Shown: one piece after another, positions 40,990 through 51,320 of the stretch
Layout of the letters: each line of letters begins with the position of its first letter
How positions within the stretch are numbered: position 1 is the stretch's first letter
From: Clostridia bacterium
GTDB lineage: Bacteria > Bacillota > Clostridia > UBA1212 > UBA1255
DNA length: 64,000 nt
Direction: 5' to 3'
Assembly (NCBI GenBank): GCA_046952735.1
Contig: JBKUJR010000006.1
Span: 12,977 to 76,976 of the forward strand
The notes under the pieces: generated by a model
The model's database searches: none
Told to the model about the DNA's origin: nothing
The model's input: only the letters and a program-made list of their open reading frames with translations
Program-made: the position numbers and the translations under genes

Positions 40990-41217
40990 ATGCCTTATAT
41001 CGCAATGAAAACATATCGGAAGGATGCGGAAACGAAGAAGCGCGTTGTTGAGAAAATCAATCGGATTTTTCTGGAAGAATGGGGCTGCCCGCCAGAGGCA
41101 ATTTCGATTTCCCTGGAGGAATTTACCCCGGAAGAATTTGACGAGAAAGTAAGTAAAACAGAAATTGAATTGAAAAAGGATGCTATGATGATCCTTTTCG
41201 GCAAGAAATGTTATTGA
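40990..41217 (+). CDS. tautomerase family protein (4-oxalocrotonate tautomerase-like)
   Basis: 75 aa beginning Met-Pro (catalytic Pro1), typical size. Confidence 0.6.
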   Translation: MPYIAMKTYRKDAETKKRVVEKINRIFLEEWGCPPEAISISLEEFTPEEFDEKVSKTEIELKKDAMMILFGKKCY

Positions 41218-41230
41218 GGAGAAAACGATT

Positions 41231-41986
41231 ATGACAATGAAACAAACGGCAGGAAGAACGCAGCTCGGCGATTTTGCTCCCAAATTTGCAGAACTCAATG
41301 ATGATGTGCTATTCGGAGAGGTATGGTCGAGAGAAAATAAACTTTCTCTCCGCGACCGCAGCCTTGTGACGATCGTTGCGCTGATGGCGCAGGGGTTAAC
41401 GGATGAATCCTTGCAGTACCATCTGACGAGTGCAAAGGCGAACGGTATTACAAAAGAAGAAATAGCAGAAATCGTTACCCATGCCGCATTTTACGCCGGG
41501 TGGCCGAAAGCATGGGCTGTATTCCGCATGGCAAAAGAAATATGGATGGAGGAATCTTCTGCGACAAATGCCAAAGCCGAGCATGAAAACAGTATGGTAT
41601 TTCCCATTGGTCAGTCCAACGATACGTTTGCCAAATATTTTACCGGGCAGAGTTACCTCGCTCCTCTTTCCACCTCGCAGGTTGGTATTTTCAATGTGAC
41701 CTTTGAGCCGGGCTGCCGCAATAACTGGCATGTTCACCATGCCGATAAAAGGGGAGGACAGATTCTTGTCTGCGTGGCAGGCAGAGGCTACTATCAGGAA
41801 TGGGATAAGGAAGCACAGGAACTGCATCCCGGCGATGTGGTCAATATTCCTGCGAATATAAAGCACTGGCATGGTGCGGCTCCCGACAGCTGGTTCAGCC
41901 ATCTGGCAGTGGAGATTCCCGGTGAAAACAGCTCCAATGAATGGCTGGAAGCCGTAGACGGAGAAATCTACGGCAAATTGAAATAA
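41231..41986 (+). CDS. carboxymuconolactone decarboxylase (AhpD-like) - cupin fusion protein
   Basis: N-terminal CMD-like region (LSLRDRSLVTIVALMAQG...HLTSAKANGITKEEIAEIVTHAAFYAGWP). C-terminal cupin (WHVHHADKRGGQILVCVAGRGYYQEW). Confidence 0.65.
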   Translation: MTMKQTAGRTQLGDFAPKFAELNDDVLFGEVWSRENKLSLRDRSLVTIVALMAQGLTDESLQYHLTSAKANGITKEEIAEIVTHAAFYAGWPKAWAVFRMAKEIWMEESSATNAKAEHENSMVFPIGQSNDTFAKYFTGQSYLAPLSTSQVGIFNVTFEPGCRNNWHVHHADKRGGQILVCVAGRGYYQEWDKEAQELHPGDVVNIPANIKHWHGAAPDSWFSHLAVEIPGENSSNEWLEAVDGEIYGKLK

Positions 41987-42000
41987 CGGAGGAAAAGCAG

Positions 42001-43134
42001 ATGATTTACAGGGATTTTCAGAATATTAAACTTTCCGGACTTGGACTTGGTATGATGCGCCTGCCGGTAGTGGACGGCAACGACGCTGTAATCGACGAAA
42101 GTTCCACAGCGAAAATCGTTGAATATGCTTATAGAAACGGCATCAATTATTTTGATACCGCATGGGGCTATCATAACGGCAATTCCGAGCTGGCGGCGGG
42201 AAAATATCTATGCAAGTATCCCAGAGAAAGCTATTATCTTGCTTCTAAGTTTCCAGGCTATGACAATTCCAATATGCCGAAGGTCAGAGAAATTTTTGAG
42301 GAACAGCTCAAAAAGTGCCGAACATCGTATTTTGATTTTTATCTCTTCCACAATGTATATGAAGGGAATATCGACGATTACCTGAACCCGAAGTTCGGTA
42401 TTTTGGACTACCTGCTGGAACAGAAGAAAAACGGCAGAATCCGGCATCTTGGTTTTTCCGCTCACGGCAGCGCGGATACGATCCGGCGCTTTCTGGATGC
42501 TTATGGCGAGTACATGGAATTCTGTCAGCTTCAGGTGAACTACATGGATTGGCATTTCCAGAATGCAGAGGAAAAGGTGGAAATCCTGCATAAGGCAGGA
42601 ATTCCCATATGGGTCATGGAACCGCTGCGAGGCGGAAAGTTAGCAAAAGCAGATATGGACATGGAAAAGGAATTGAACGCCATGCGCCCGGACGAAACGA
42701 TTCCGGCATGGGCGTTCCGATTTCTGCAGGCAATCCCAGGCGTTACGGTGGTACTGTCCGGTATGTCCAGTATGGAACAGTTAAAAGAGAATATTGCTAC
42801 ATGGCAGAAAGACGAACCGCTCTCTAAAGAAGAATTTGACCGCCTGACAGAGCTGGCGGATGAAGAAACCCGTAAAGGCGGATTACCTTGCACAGCTTGC
42901 CATTACTGCACCAGCCATTGTCCGCAGGAACTTCCGATTCCGGAACTGATTGCCCTTTACAATGAGCATAAAATTACGGGCGGCGGATTTCTCGCACCAA
43001 TGGCGGTAGGCAGTATGCCGGAAGAAAAGCGTCCTGCAAACTGCATCGGCTGCCGGAGCTGCGAACAGGTATGTCCCCAGCAGATCGAGATCTCCGCAAT
43101 GATGAAAGAATTTTCTTCGATGATAGGAATGTGA
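42001..43134 (+). CDS. aldo/keto reductase with C-terminal 4Fe-4S ferredoxin domain
   Basis: AKR motifs (INYFDTAWGYHNG, ...GFSAHG). C-terminal CxxCxxC...CP clusters (CTACHYCTSHCP, CIGCRSCEQVCP). Confidence 0.8.
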   Translation: MIYRDFQNIKLSGLGLGMMRLPVVDGNDAVIDESSTAKIVEYAYRNGINYFDTAWGYHNGNSELAAGKYLCKYPRESYYLASKFPGYDNSNMPKVREIFEEQLKKCRTSYFDFYLFHNVYEGNIDDYLNPKFGILDYLLEQKKNGRIRHLGFSAHGSADTIRRFLDAYGEYMEFCQLQVNYMDWHFQNAEEKVEILHKAGIPIWVMEPLRGGKLAKADMDMEKELNAMRPDETIPAWAFRFLQAIPGVTVVLSGMSSMEQLKENIATWQKDEPLSKEEFDRLTELADEETRKGGLPCTACHYCTSHCPQELPIPELIALYNEHKITGGGFLAPMAVGSMPEEKRPANCIGCRSCEQVCPQQIEISAMMKEFSSMIGM

Positions 43135-43427
43135 TTATAAATACGGATAAATGATATGTACCAAAGAGGTTCAAAGATGTTTTTCAGGGTTCGCCTTTGG
43201 AAAGCATCTTTTCTTTTTTTATTTGATTTAGGAAAAGAGTAATTCCTATGAGCAGATTTTTTCAGATGCAAGGTTTTGAATGACAGGGTTATGAAAGCGA
43301 CGCTGCCGGATAAGGATATGTTGCACTATTACGGACGATATGTTATTATATATTTAAAATATTATGTTTTTGTTCATTTTTAATATCGATGATCGTGAAC
43401 GACACCCAAGCGGCAAGGAGGACTCCC

Positions 43428-44576
43428 ATGGAATACACGAAAGAACTTATCGATTTATTTGCAGAAGAATTTGACATACCGATCATCCGTGAGGGAACCC
43501 GCGTGTGGTTTTTCCGGACGCAATCCGGATTGTACTATTTTGATTTTCATTTGAATCATTATATCGCGCTCGGATGGGATCTGATCTCTCAGAGGCTGAT
43601 CGATGATGCGAATCTGACGAAAGAAGCAAAAAGAGAACATATTTCTGCGTTGTATCCGGAACAGCAAAGGCCGGGGCTGATTCTGGGGCAGATGGATACG
43701 TTTTACAATAAAATGCAGCCGAACGATCTCGTCGTCATACCATCTTCCGGAGGAAAAACAGTGGCAATCGGAATATTGGGTGAAATCTCCACATCCGTTT
43801 CACATGAGCAAAGCGATGATGAATATATCAAATGTATCTATAAACATAAGCGGGATGTGTCCTGGCTGAAAGAAGTGGATTTATATACGGATGTGTATCT
43901 TGCCAGAATTCTGCGGGCACAGCAGACGATATCCGATATCAGCGAATATGCGGAGATGGTATACCGAAATTTGCATCCATGTTATCTTTCTTCGAATGCA
44001 ATGCATTTGACGCTTCAAAAAACGTCTGTATCCGCATACCGGATTTACGACAACGTCATGCTGCAGTCTTCCATTCTTCAAATTAACAACCTTCTCTGCA
44101 CGTATCTTGGAATGAAAGAGGAAAGTGAGAAGATTAAGATAAAAACCGCCGTAGGCTCTCCGGGTTTTCTGGAAATTGTTTTTCCGGATTTATTGGTTTC
44201 AACGATCGTCGTAGCTATTATTAAACTGGCCATCGGAAAAGCCAAAAATAAAAACGGCGGTGCTGAAAACGGGATACTGGGCATTGTATCAAAAATGAAC
44301 GAATTGATAAACGACCATTGCAATCGCCAAAAGACAAAAGCAGAAATTGGGCAGATCGAGGCCAACACGAAAAAAATTCTTGCGGAATCTGCGCAAATCG
44401 ATGCAGCGACAAAAAAATTAGAAGCGGAAACGGCAAAAATTCAAGCGGAAATACGATCCGCACAGACAACGAGCGAAAGGGAGAAAGCGCTTGTCGAAAA
44501 TTTGAATCAATACTGCGATGACTTCATGAACGCGGCGCAGAGCAGCGGCATCCAAATAAGAGATCACATGGAGTAG
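43428..44576 (+). CDS. hypothetical protein: N-terminal globular domain, single TM helix, C-terminal coiled-coil
   Basis: ORF with RBS AAGGAGGA, in an AT-rich leader. TM segment LLVSTIVVAIIKLAIG. Heptad-like QIEANTKKILAESAQIDAATKKLEAETAKIQAEI. Confidence 0.5.
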   Translation: MEYTKELIDLFAEEFDIPIIREGTRVWFFRTQSGLYYFDFHLNHYIALGWDLISQRLIDDANLTKEAKREHISALYPEQQRPGLILGQMDTFYNKMQPNDLVVIPSSGGKTVAIGILGEISTSVSHEQSDDEYIKCIYKHKRDVSWLKEVDLYTDVYLARILRAQQTISDISEYAEMVYRNLHPCYLSSNAMHLTLQKTSVSAYRIYDNVMLQSSILQINNLLCTYLGMKEESEKIKIKTAVGSPGFLEIVFPDLLVSTIVVAIIKLAIGKAKNKNGGAENGILGIVSKMNELINDHCNRQKTKAEIGQIEANTKKILAESAQIDAATKKLEAETAKIQAEIRSAQTTSEREKALVENLNQYCDDFMNAAQSSGIQIRDHME

Positions 44577-44730
44577 GCCATACAGGGAACGTTTTGCTTC
44601 CTGCCGCCAGGATTCCCGAAACAAGAGCAGCGCGGTTTCGGGAATTTTTATGCCAACAAACATTACCGGTAAAATAAATACTTGCTTGTGACGTAAGGGA
44701 ATGTGTTATCATAGCGCCGAGGTGAATCCG

Positions 44731-45597
44731 ATGTTAAAGAATGCCACTGATGCTTGCCGTCCGGGAAATGAGAAGAACCCTCAGAACTGCGCGATACAGG
44801 TCGAAGGACTCAGCAAACGCTATGGAGACCATACGGTGCTGAACGATTTGCATTTTAGCGTGCTGCAAGGTGAAATTTTTGCATTGCTCGGCGTCAACGG
44901 CGCCGGAAAGACCACGCTTCTCGAGTGCGTCGAAGGCCTGCGCAAGTATGACGGCGGGAATATCCTGCTGCAGGGAAAAACAGGGATACAGCTGCAATCG
45001 GCTTCCTTGCCGTCCCATATCAGACCGATGGAAGCCATACGGCTCTTTGCCAAATGGAACCGTTCAAATGTCGACCGGGCCATGGTTACCGCCCTTGGAA
45101 TCGATGAATTTGCCAAAAGACAGTATACGGATCTGTCAACCGGCCAGAAGCGGAGACTACATCTGGCTCTTGCCCTGATCGGGGACCCGGATATCGTATT
45201 CCTTGACGAGCCGACTGCCGGGCTGGATGTCGAAGGCAGAGTATCGCTGCATGAGCAGATACGAAAATTAAGAGCGCGGGGGAAGACCATTCTTCTGGCC
45301 AGCCACGATATGGCGGAGGTGGAAAGCCTGTGCGACCGTATCGCTATTTTAAAAGGCGGTAAGATTGTTTTTATCGGAACTGCCGAAGAATTAACCGCAA
45401 AAATCGGCAGGCGATGGACCATCCATATCAAGACGGATCACGGCGACGAAAGCTTTGAATCCGACGATATCGGAGATACCATGCTGACGACGCTGGAAGA
45501 ATTCAAGCGCAGAAATATTGTAATATTAGATATAAAAATAGACAGAGGGACGCTCGAGGAGCATTTTATCGATATAGCAAGGGGGAATGGAGAATGA
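44731..45597 (+). CDS. ABC transporter ATP-binding protein
   Basis: Walker A GVNGAGKTT, signature LSTGQKRRL, Walker B IVFLDEPTAGLD. Confidence 0.85.
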   Translation: MLKNATDACRPGNEKNPQNCAIQVEGLSKRYGDHTVLNDLHFSVLQGEIFALLGVNGAGKTTLLECVEGLRKYDGGNILLQGKTGIQLQSASLPSHIRPMEAIRLFAKWNRSNVDRAMVTALGIDEFAKRQYTDLSTGQKRRLHLALALIGDPDIVFLDEPTAGLDVEGRVSLHEQIRKLRARGKTILLASHDMAEVESLCDRIAILKGGKIVFIGTAEELTAKIGRRWTIHIKTDHGDESFESDDIGDTMLTTLEEFKRRNIVILDIKIDRGTLEEHFIDIARGNGE

Positions 45598-46310
45598 AAG
45601 CATTGCTCTATGGCATCGCATTACAATGGAAACTGGATATACGCAGCAAGACGATGCTTATAACGTGTTATGTAGTGCCTCTTATTTTCTATGCTTTTAT
45701 GGGCGGGATTTTCACCTCGATCAATCCGGAAGCCAAAGCGACGCTGATACAGTCGATGACTGTATTTGTCGTTTCAATGGGCGCGCTGATCGGTTTGCCG
45801 CCGTCTCTTGTAGAAATATACGGCAGCGACATCAAGACTGTATACAAGGCCAACGGGGTTCCGCTGTATTTTGGCGTGATCACGCATTTTATATCTGCGT
45901 TTATCCATCTGCTGATCATGTGCGTTGTGATACTCGTTACCGCCCCTTTCGTTTTTCATGCAGTGCTTCCGGCTCGTTTACTGCCGTATTTCACATCGCT
46001 GCTTATTTTCATCGGCGTGTCGCTGAGCATTGGCTGCGCCCTGGGCCTTTTGTGCAAAACGCAGTCAAAGCTGACGATGCTTTCGCAAATCATATTCCTG
46101 CCGTCGATCATGCTGTCGGGAATCCTGTTTCCCATCGATATGCTTCCGAAAGCATTTGCATATATAGGTAAAATATTTCCAGCCGCTTGGGGGATCGAGA
46201 TGATGCTGCGCGATGCCTTCGCGTTTCGCCTGCTCATACCGCTGGCAGCGATTTTTTTTGTCGCTGTTGCTATCAGTATTTTTGCTTTGTCAAAGAAGAC
46301 TAAGGAATAA
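45594..46310 (+). CDS. ABC-2 family permease
   Basis: 238 aa with 6 predicted TM helices. Overlaps the ATPase gene end. Confidence 0.7.
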   Translation: MKALLYGIALQWKLDIRSKTMLITCYVVPLIFYAFMGGIFTSINPEAKATLIQSMTVFVVSMGALIGLPPSLVEIYGSDIKTVYKANGVPLYFGVITHFISAFIHLLIMCVVILVTAPFVFHAVLPARLLPYFTSLLIFIGVSLSIGCALGLLCKTQSKLTMLSQIIFLPSIMLSGILFPIDMLPKAFAYIGKIFPAAWGIEMMLRDAFAFRLLIPLAAIFFVAVAISIFALSKKTKE

Positions 46311-46387
46311 TTTAATTTATAAGAACGTGAACCTTTTCAAAGTAGGAGCGACTTAAAGAGCGAAAGTACTTTCAAGAGGGATTTAAT

Positions 46388-48016
46388 ATGGAAAATCGAT
46401 ACAATTTGACTGAATATGTGGACAAGCTGTTTTCCAAGGCGCTCAGAAAAACCGGCGACCCGGTTCTTGCAGAAGATCTGACGCAAGAGACTTTTCTTGC
46501 GGCGATCCAGGGCCTGGCACGCGGGAGGCAGCCGGACAATCTATGGGCGTGGCTTTCACAAATATTATCAAATAAATATTGCGACTGGCTGCGTGAAAAA
46601 TACAACAAACCACAGATCAGCCTCGAAGATTATCCGTATGAAATTCCGGAAGATACAAGCGCGCAAGATGCGGATACTACAGAGATCCGCGAAGCGATCC
46701 GCAGGGAAATCGGATATCTGGCAGGAATCCACCGCGAGGTCTTGGTGCGCTTCTATCTGCATGGCCATTCGATTGGGAAAATCGCAAAGGATTTGCAAAT
46801 CCCTGTAGGCACGGTGAAAAGCAGGCTGGATACAGGGCGCCAGCAGATCCGGAAAGGAGTCGATGAAATGGAAAATTATACAAAACAAAGTTATGAACCG
46901 GAAGTGCTGCGCATTGCATGCTCCGGCAAGCCGGGAATCGACAATGAGCCGTTCTCTTTGGTTGAAAATAATGACAAGCTCACGCAGAATATTTTAATAC
47001 TGGCATATCCCACGCCGCTTTCTGAAACGGAACTTTCGAAGTCGCTCGGGGTACCGCTCCCGTTTCTGGAGCCGATTATAAAAAGACTGCTGGAAGGAGA
47101 ACTCATGAAGCGCACAAAGGGAGGCAAGGTATACACGGATTTCATTCTTTATCATGAAAAAGATAGAAACGCAACCTTTCAAAAACAACTCGCACTTGCA
47201 GATCGATCTTTTGCGCTTTTTTGGAATATCTTGGAAGAAGCGCTTTCAGAACTTAGGGGAAGCGATTATTATAAACGGCAGTCTGCGCATGCTGCTTCTA
47301 AACTGGAGCTCCATTTCTGCCTCGACTTGCTCTCAGGCGGCTGCATCCGCATACGGGACGAATTTGCCGGATCAGCGTCTTCTTATTCCGATTACCCGTA
47401 CCGGCCAAACGGCGGAAAGTGGGTGGCTATGGGCAATCGATATGAATCGGATCGTGCACTCAAAGAAAATGAAAATTTTCGCAAATATTCTATTAATGGC
47501 GAATGGGGAATCTTGATTAAAAATTTCCGTGATGCCAAGTCCTTGGAGCTGCGCAAATATGATACGAGCCTTGGCAGTCTTCCTTATCCATTTGAAGAAA
47601 CGCATATTCAATGGCTCTATGAAATATTATCCGGCGTTTCCTATGAACGCGCCTCTGTTGCGGATCATGTGCTGCAATCGGCGGAAGCTTTTCTCAAGAG
47701 CGGGATTTTGAAGAAGGAGACTGGTCTTGCACTGGATATTCCCGTTTTATCCAAGGCGGAATATTATTCGGAAAAAGAACTTTCCGGGGCGAAGCAGCGT
47801 ACATTCTGTGCAGCTGCACAAAATATAATGCATGCGCTGTTCCAGGAATCTGTCCGGCTCCCGTCTCATTTAAAACATATTCCCAAATGGCAGCAGCTTC
47901 TCTATTGCGGCGATCGCATCCCAATGGCAGTCATCTATCAAGCGATGGAAAAAGGCCTGCTTTTCCGAGGGGTCGATTATCCGCTCCCGGCTGCAATTTT
48001 CGTCATCGATCAATAA
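46388..48016 (+). CDS. sigma-70 (ECF-like) factor with a roughly 360-aa C-terminal extension
   Basis: Region 2 (AEDLTQETFLAAIQ) and region 4 HTH (REVLVRFYLHGHSIGKIAKDLQIPVGTVKSRL) within the first 170 aa, followed by a long non-homologous extension. Confidence 0.7.
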   Translation: MENRYNLTEYVDKLFSKALRKTGDPVLAEDLTQETFLAAIQGLARGRQPDNLWAWLSQILSNKYCDWLREKYNKPQISLEDYPYEIPEDTSAQDADTTEIREAIRREIGYLAGIHREVLVRFYLHGHSIGKIAKDLQIPVGTVKSRLDTGRQQIRKGVDEMENYTKQSYEPEVLRIACSGKPGIDNEPFSLVENNDKLTQNILILAYPTPLSETELSKSLGVPLPFLEPIIKRLLEGELMKRTKGGKVYTDFILYHEKDRNATFQKQLALADRSFALFWNILEEALSELRGSDYYKRQSAHAASKLELHFCLDLLSGGCIRIRDEFAGSASSYSDYPYRPNGGKWVAMGNRYESDRALKENENFRKYSINGEWGILIKNFRDAKSLELRKYDTSLGSLPYPFEETHIQWLYEILSGVSYERASVADHVLQSAEAFLKSGILKKETGLALDIPVLSKAEYYSEKELSGAKQRTFCAAAQNIMHALFQESVRLPSHLKHIPKWQQLLYCGDRIPMAVIYQAMEKGLLFRGVDYPLPAAIFVIDQ

Positions 48017-48076
48017 TCTGGAAGATCTCATATCGATCAGCTGACAGAAACCTCGCATAGATCGCCGCGGTTTCTG

Positions 48077-49822
48077 TCAAGCCTTTGAACGCTGTTTTGG
48101 ATACAGCCTCCGGATCAGTCCGTATTTTTTATTCAGCGGATAGCCCACGGCGGCCAAAAGGGAAATACACTCCACGACGCGATAGAGGACGGGAGATTTC
48201 CATTCCACGCGGACCGTGCCTGTGCTGCGCCCCTGCGTATAAACCCGGATCACGTTATTGTAGCCCGGTTCGTTTTTGACGTCGGTTCCGTCTATTGTCG
48301 AAGCATAATGGGGATACCAGGAGATCGGAACCTCGACATAATCCTCCGCAGAGGGTTTTTCCGTGACGAAGCTGACGGTCAAGGCGCCGCCACTCCGGAC
48401 GATTTCCGACAGCCGGCATGTTGCGTTTGAAGCAAGGACGATTTCACCGCGCTTTGCAAGGCTGTCGATATCGGTGCTTTTCAGAGAATACTGCCCGTCG
48501 TATACCCAGTTGGGATCATCGATAGGCGCAGACAGATGGATGTCGCCGAACAGCGGCATATTATAGACGATATTATCGATCAATACGGTTGACGAAAAAA
48601 CCGTCACCACTGATACGGCGATAAATAGAATTTTACCGGAGATCTTCGTATCGCGGCGTAAAAGGAGACATGCGGCTACGGCTGTGATACATGCGGCAGC
48701 GGAGCCGATGGAAAGAAGCCGCCAGGGAAACTGCATGGAGGATGCGATCCGGTTCAGCAGAGGCACATATTTGAAAAGAATCCAGGGGAAGAGGCAGGTG
48801 GACATATACAGCGCGATCCCGCCGAATAAGAGACCGCTTTTCCCGAGAAAATACAATCTCCTTTCCCGGAGGGAAACATCCTGCCTCCTTTTCTGCAGCC
48901 AGTACCCGATGAATATCAGAAGCAAAAGAAACAACGAGAGGCCGATGGAACGCGGCATGTTGTCCCTTGTCGTCATGTTGCGCGTGACCGGATAAAGAAA
49001 CGCAAAGAGCTTCGAAGGCGGATTGATGGTGTTTCCCCAGTATACGAAATCAGTACCCGTAATTTTAACGCCCGCGCGCATAAAATCGAAGAAGGGAATC
49101 AGAAACCAGAGATTTACCACGATGGTGAGTACCGCTGCCTTTACAGCGGCAAGCAGCCTCCTGCATTTCTTTTCGATCAGCTTGTGCAGGGCGACCAGCG
49201 CCGCCAGAATGCACGTGTACAGCATGAGCTGCGCCGTAATGATATGCGATTGCAGAATCCCGATGAATGCAATCGCCAAATAATACCATTTTTGCGGATT
49301 ACCGTAAAATATCTCGTACAGTCCAAGCGCCGCCAGCGGCAGGAACATCATCGCCAGGACTTCTCCAACGGCGCCTCTGACATAAATGCAAAGCAGCCGG
49401 TATAAAGAAAGCCCGTACAGCACGGTGCCGAGATATGCCGCATATTGGCTCTTGAACAGACGTTTAAAGGAGTAATATGCGATCGAAACGGTTCCGGCGT
49501 TCAGCGCGGCGATCAGTATTTTATAACAGATGCTCAGATTGACGCCAAGCGCCCGGAGCGCTCCCGGAAGGTACAAAAAAATTTCGGGATAAAATATCGA
49601 ATTCGCATATCCGTAGTCATTTAAAATATTCGGATGGATCCGGACGGGAAATTGTCCGTTTTTAAGCGCTGCGGCGATTCCTTCGATCCGGTTCAAATGA
49701 TAGCTGATATCGTGTGCATCAAACAGCTTGTCCGTAAAAAGGGGCAGACACGTATAGGCAAATACACAGAGCCAGAGAAATACGGTCAGCCGTTTTGATT
49801 GTTTTGTTTTCGTGAAATCCAT
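48077..49822 (-). CDS. large polytopic membrane protein (YfhO/glycosyltransferase-like)
   Basis: 581 aa with more than 10 TM helices. Family assignment is weak. Confidence 0.55.
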   Translation of the reverse strand: MDFTKTKQSKRLTVFLWLCVFAYTCLPLFTDKLFDAHDISYHLNRIEGIAAALKNGQFPVRIHPNILNDYGYANSIFYPEIFLYLPGALRALGVNLSICYKILIAALNAGTVSIAYYSFKRLFKSQYAAYLGTVLYGLSLYRLLCIYVRGAVGEVLAMMFLPLAALGLYEIFYGNPQKWYYLAIAFIGILQSHIITAQLMLYTCILAALVALHKLIEKKCRRLLAAVKAAVLTIVVNLWFLIPFFDFMRAGVKITGTDFVYWGNTINPPSKLFAFLYPVTRNMTTRDNMPRSIGLSLFLLLLIFIGYWLQKRRQDVSLRERRLYFLGKSGLLFGGIALYMSTCLFPWILFKYVPLLNRIASSMQFPWRLLSIGSAAACITAVAACLLLRRDTKISGKILFIAVSVVTVFSSTVLIDNIVYNMPLFGDIHLSAPIDDPNWVYDGQYSLKSTDIDSLAKRGEIVLASNATCRLSEIVRSGGALTVSFVTEKPSAEDYVEVPISWYPHYASTIDGTDVKNEPGYNNVIRVYTQGRSTGTVRVEWKSPVLYRVVECISLLAAVGYPLNKKYGLIRRLYPKQRSKA

Positions 49823-49894
49823 TCTATTGCTTCCTCATGCGTAAAAATATCGTTGTTATATTATATAAAATAACCTGAAATGTCAAATTTCATC

Positions 49895-49924
49895 AAAAAA
49901 TCTGCGCCGTTACAAGCGGCGCAG
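49895..49924 (-). terminator. rho-independent terminator at the end of the pyr operon
   Basis: Stem TCTGCGCCG/CGGCGCAGA with a 6-nt loop. The T-run lies on the minus strand (A-run 49895-49900 on plus). Confidence 0.55.
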
Positions 49925-49957
49925 ACGGATCAGATGGATTTCTTTCTTTTGATTTTG

Positions 49958-50383
49958 TTACGGCAGATAACTGCTGCTCGAATCGCAATACGCACAGCGG
50001 TAAACTCTGTGCTCCCGGTCGGTGAGGCGGAAAATCTGATCGAGCTCCTGCTCCGTCGACGTAATGCAGCGGGGATTTTTACATTTTACGATATTGACGA
50101 TCCGCTCCGGAAGCGAAAGATGCTTCTTAGCGACTTTTTCGCCGTCCCGAATGATATTTACCGTGATATTCTCATCAAAATAGCCGAGAACGTCAAGATT
50201 GACGTCGATCGGGGAATCGATTTTAATAATGTCTTTCTTCCCCATTTTCCGGCTTTTCACATTCTTGATGATCGCGACGCAGCAGTCGAGCTCGTCGAGC
50301 CGCAAATAGCGGTAGAGGATCATGGCGTTGCCGGCTTTGATATGGTCGAGTACGATCCCGTTTTCAATTTTATCTATTACCAT
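49958..50383 (-). CDS. pyrI: aspartate carbamoyltransferase regulatory subunit
   Basis: MVIDKIENGIVLDHI... with C-terminal Zn site CKNPRCITS...YRCAYCD. Confidence 0.9.
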   Translation of the reverse strand: MVIDKIENGIVLDHIKAGNAMILYRYLRLDELDCCVAIIKNVKSRKMGKKDIIKIDSPIDVNLDVLGYFDENITVNIIRDGEKVAKKHLSLPERIVNIVKCKNPRCITSTEQELDQIFRLTDREHRVYRCAYCDSSSSYLP

Positions 50384-50401
50384 AATGATTACCTCCAGAA
50401 A

Positions 50402-51319
50402 TCACGGCGTCAGTCCAAGCAGCATCAGGATGAGCGCCATACGCATATATTTTCCGTTTTCCACCTGTTTAAAATAACAGGCGCGCGGGTCGCTGTCGAT
50501 GCTGCGCGAAATTTCATTCACGCGGGGCAGGGGATGCAGGATGCATAAATCCTTTTTGGCGTTTGCAAGCTTATCGGGCGTCAGAATATAATAATCCCGC
50601 AAACGGATGTAGTCGGCTTCGTTGAAAAACCGTTCCCCCTGCACTCTTGTCATGTACAGGATATCCAGCTCCGGCATTACGCTTTCCATCGTATAAGTTT
50701 CCTGGTAGGGCATGTGGTTTTTCTCCACGATATCCGTTTTGAGATAATGCGGGATCTTCAGCTCCTCCGGCGAAATGAATACCAGGCGGATACCTGTGTA
50801 GCGGGACAGCGCGTTTACGAGCGAATGCACCGTACGTCCGAATTTCAGATCGCCGCAGAATCCTACCGTGATATCGTTGAAACGGCCCTTTTCCCGGCGG
50901 ATCGTCAGCAGATCTGCAAGCGTCTGTGTGGGATGGTTGTGCCCGCCGTCCCCTGCGTTGATGATGGGCACGCCGGAAACGGCGGAAGCCGCGATCGGCG
51001 CCCCTTCTTTCGGATGGCGCATTGCAATGATATCCGCATAATAACTGACGACCTTTACCGTATCGGAAACGGATTCTCCTTTTGATGACGAGCTGCTTGC
51101 AGCGGAAGAAAAGCCGATGACGGAGCCGCCCAGCTCGAGCATTGCCGCTTCGAAGCTGAGCCGCGTGCGCGTGCTTGGCTCAAAAAACAATGTCGCCAAT
51201 TTCTTCCGCTTGCACGCATCCTGATATTTCGCGCCGTCCCGGATGATATCTTCTGCAACGGCGATCAGACTGTCGATTTCTTGTACGGAGAGATCCGTGA
51301 TATCTAAAACATGTTTCAT
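50402..51319 (-). CDS. pyrB: aspartate carbamoyltransferase catalytic subunit
   Basis: STRTR motif ([13 protein letters not shown]), HPTQ motif ([13 protein letters not shown]), HPLP. Confidence 0.95.
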   Translation of the reverse strand: MKHVLDITDLSVQEIDSLIAVAEDIIRDGAKYQDACKRKKLATLFFEPSTRTRLSFEAAMLELGGSVIGFSSAASSSSSKGESVSDTVKVVSYYADIIAMRHPKEGAPIAASAVSGVPIINAGDGGHNHPTQTLADLLTIRREKGRFNDITVGFCGDLKFGRTVHSLVNALSRYTGIRLVFISPEELKIPHYLKTDIVEKNHMPYQETYTMESVMPELDILYMTRVQGERFFNEADYIRLRDYYILTPDKLANAKKDLCILHPLPRVNEISRSIDSDPRACYFKQVENGKYMRMALILMLLGLTP

Positions 51320-51320
51320 A

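Noticed and set aside
49880-50548. Plus-strand 222-aa ORF.
   Set aside because: Antisense to pyrI, which has a clear zinc-binding motif. No RBS.
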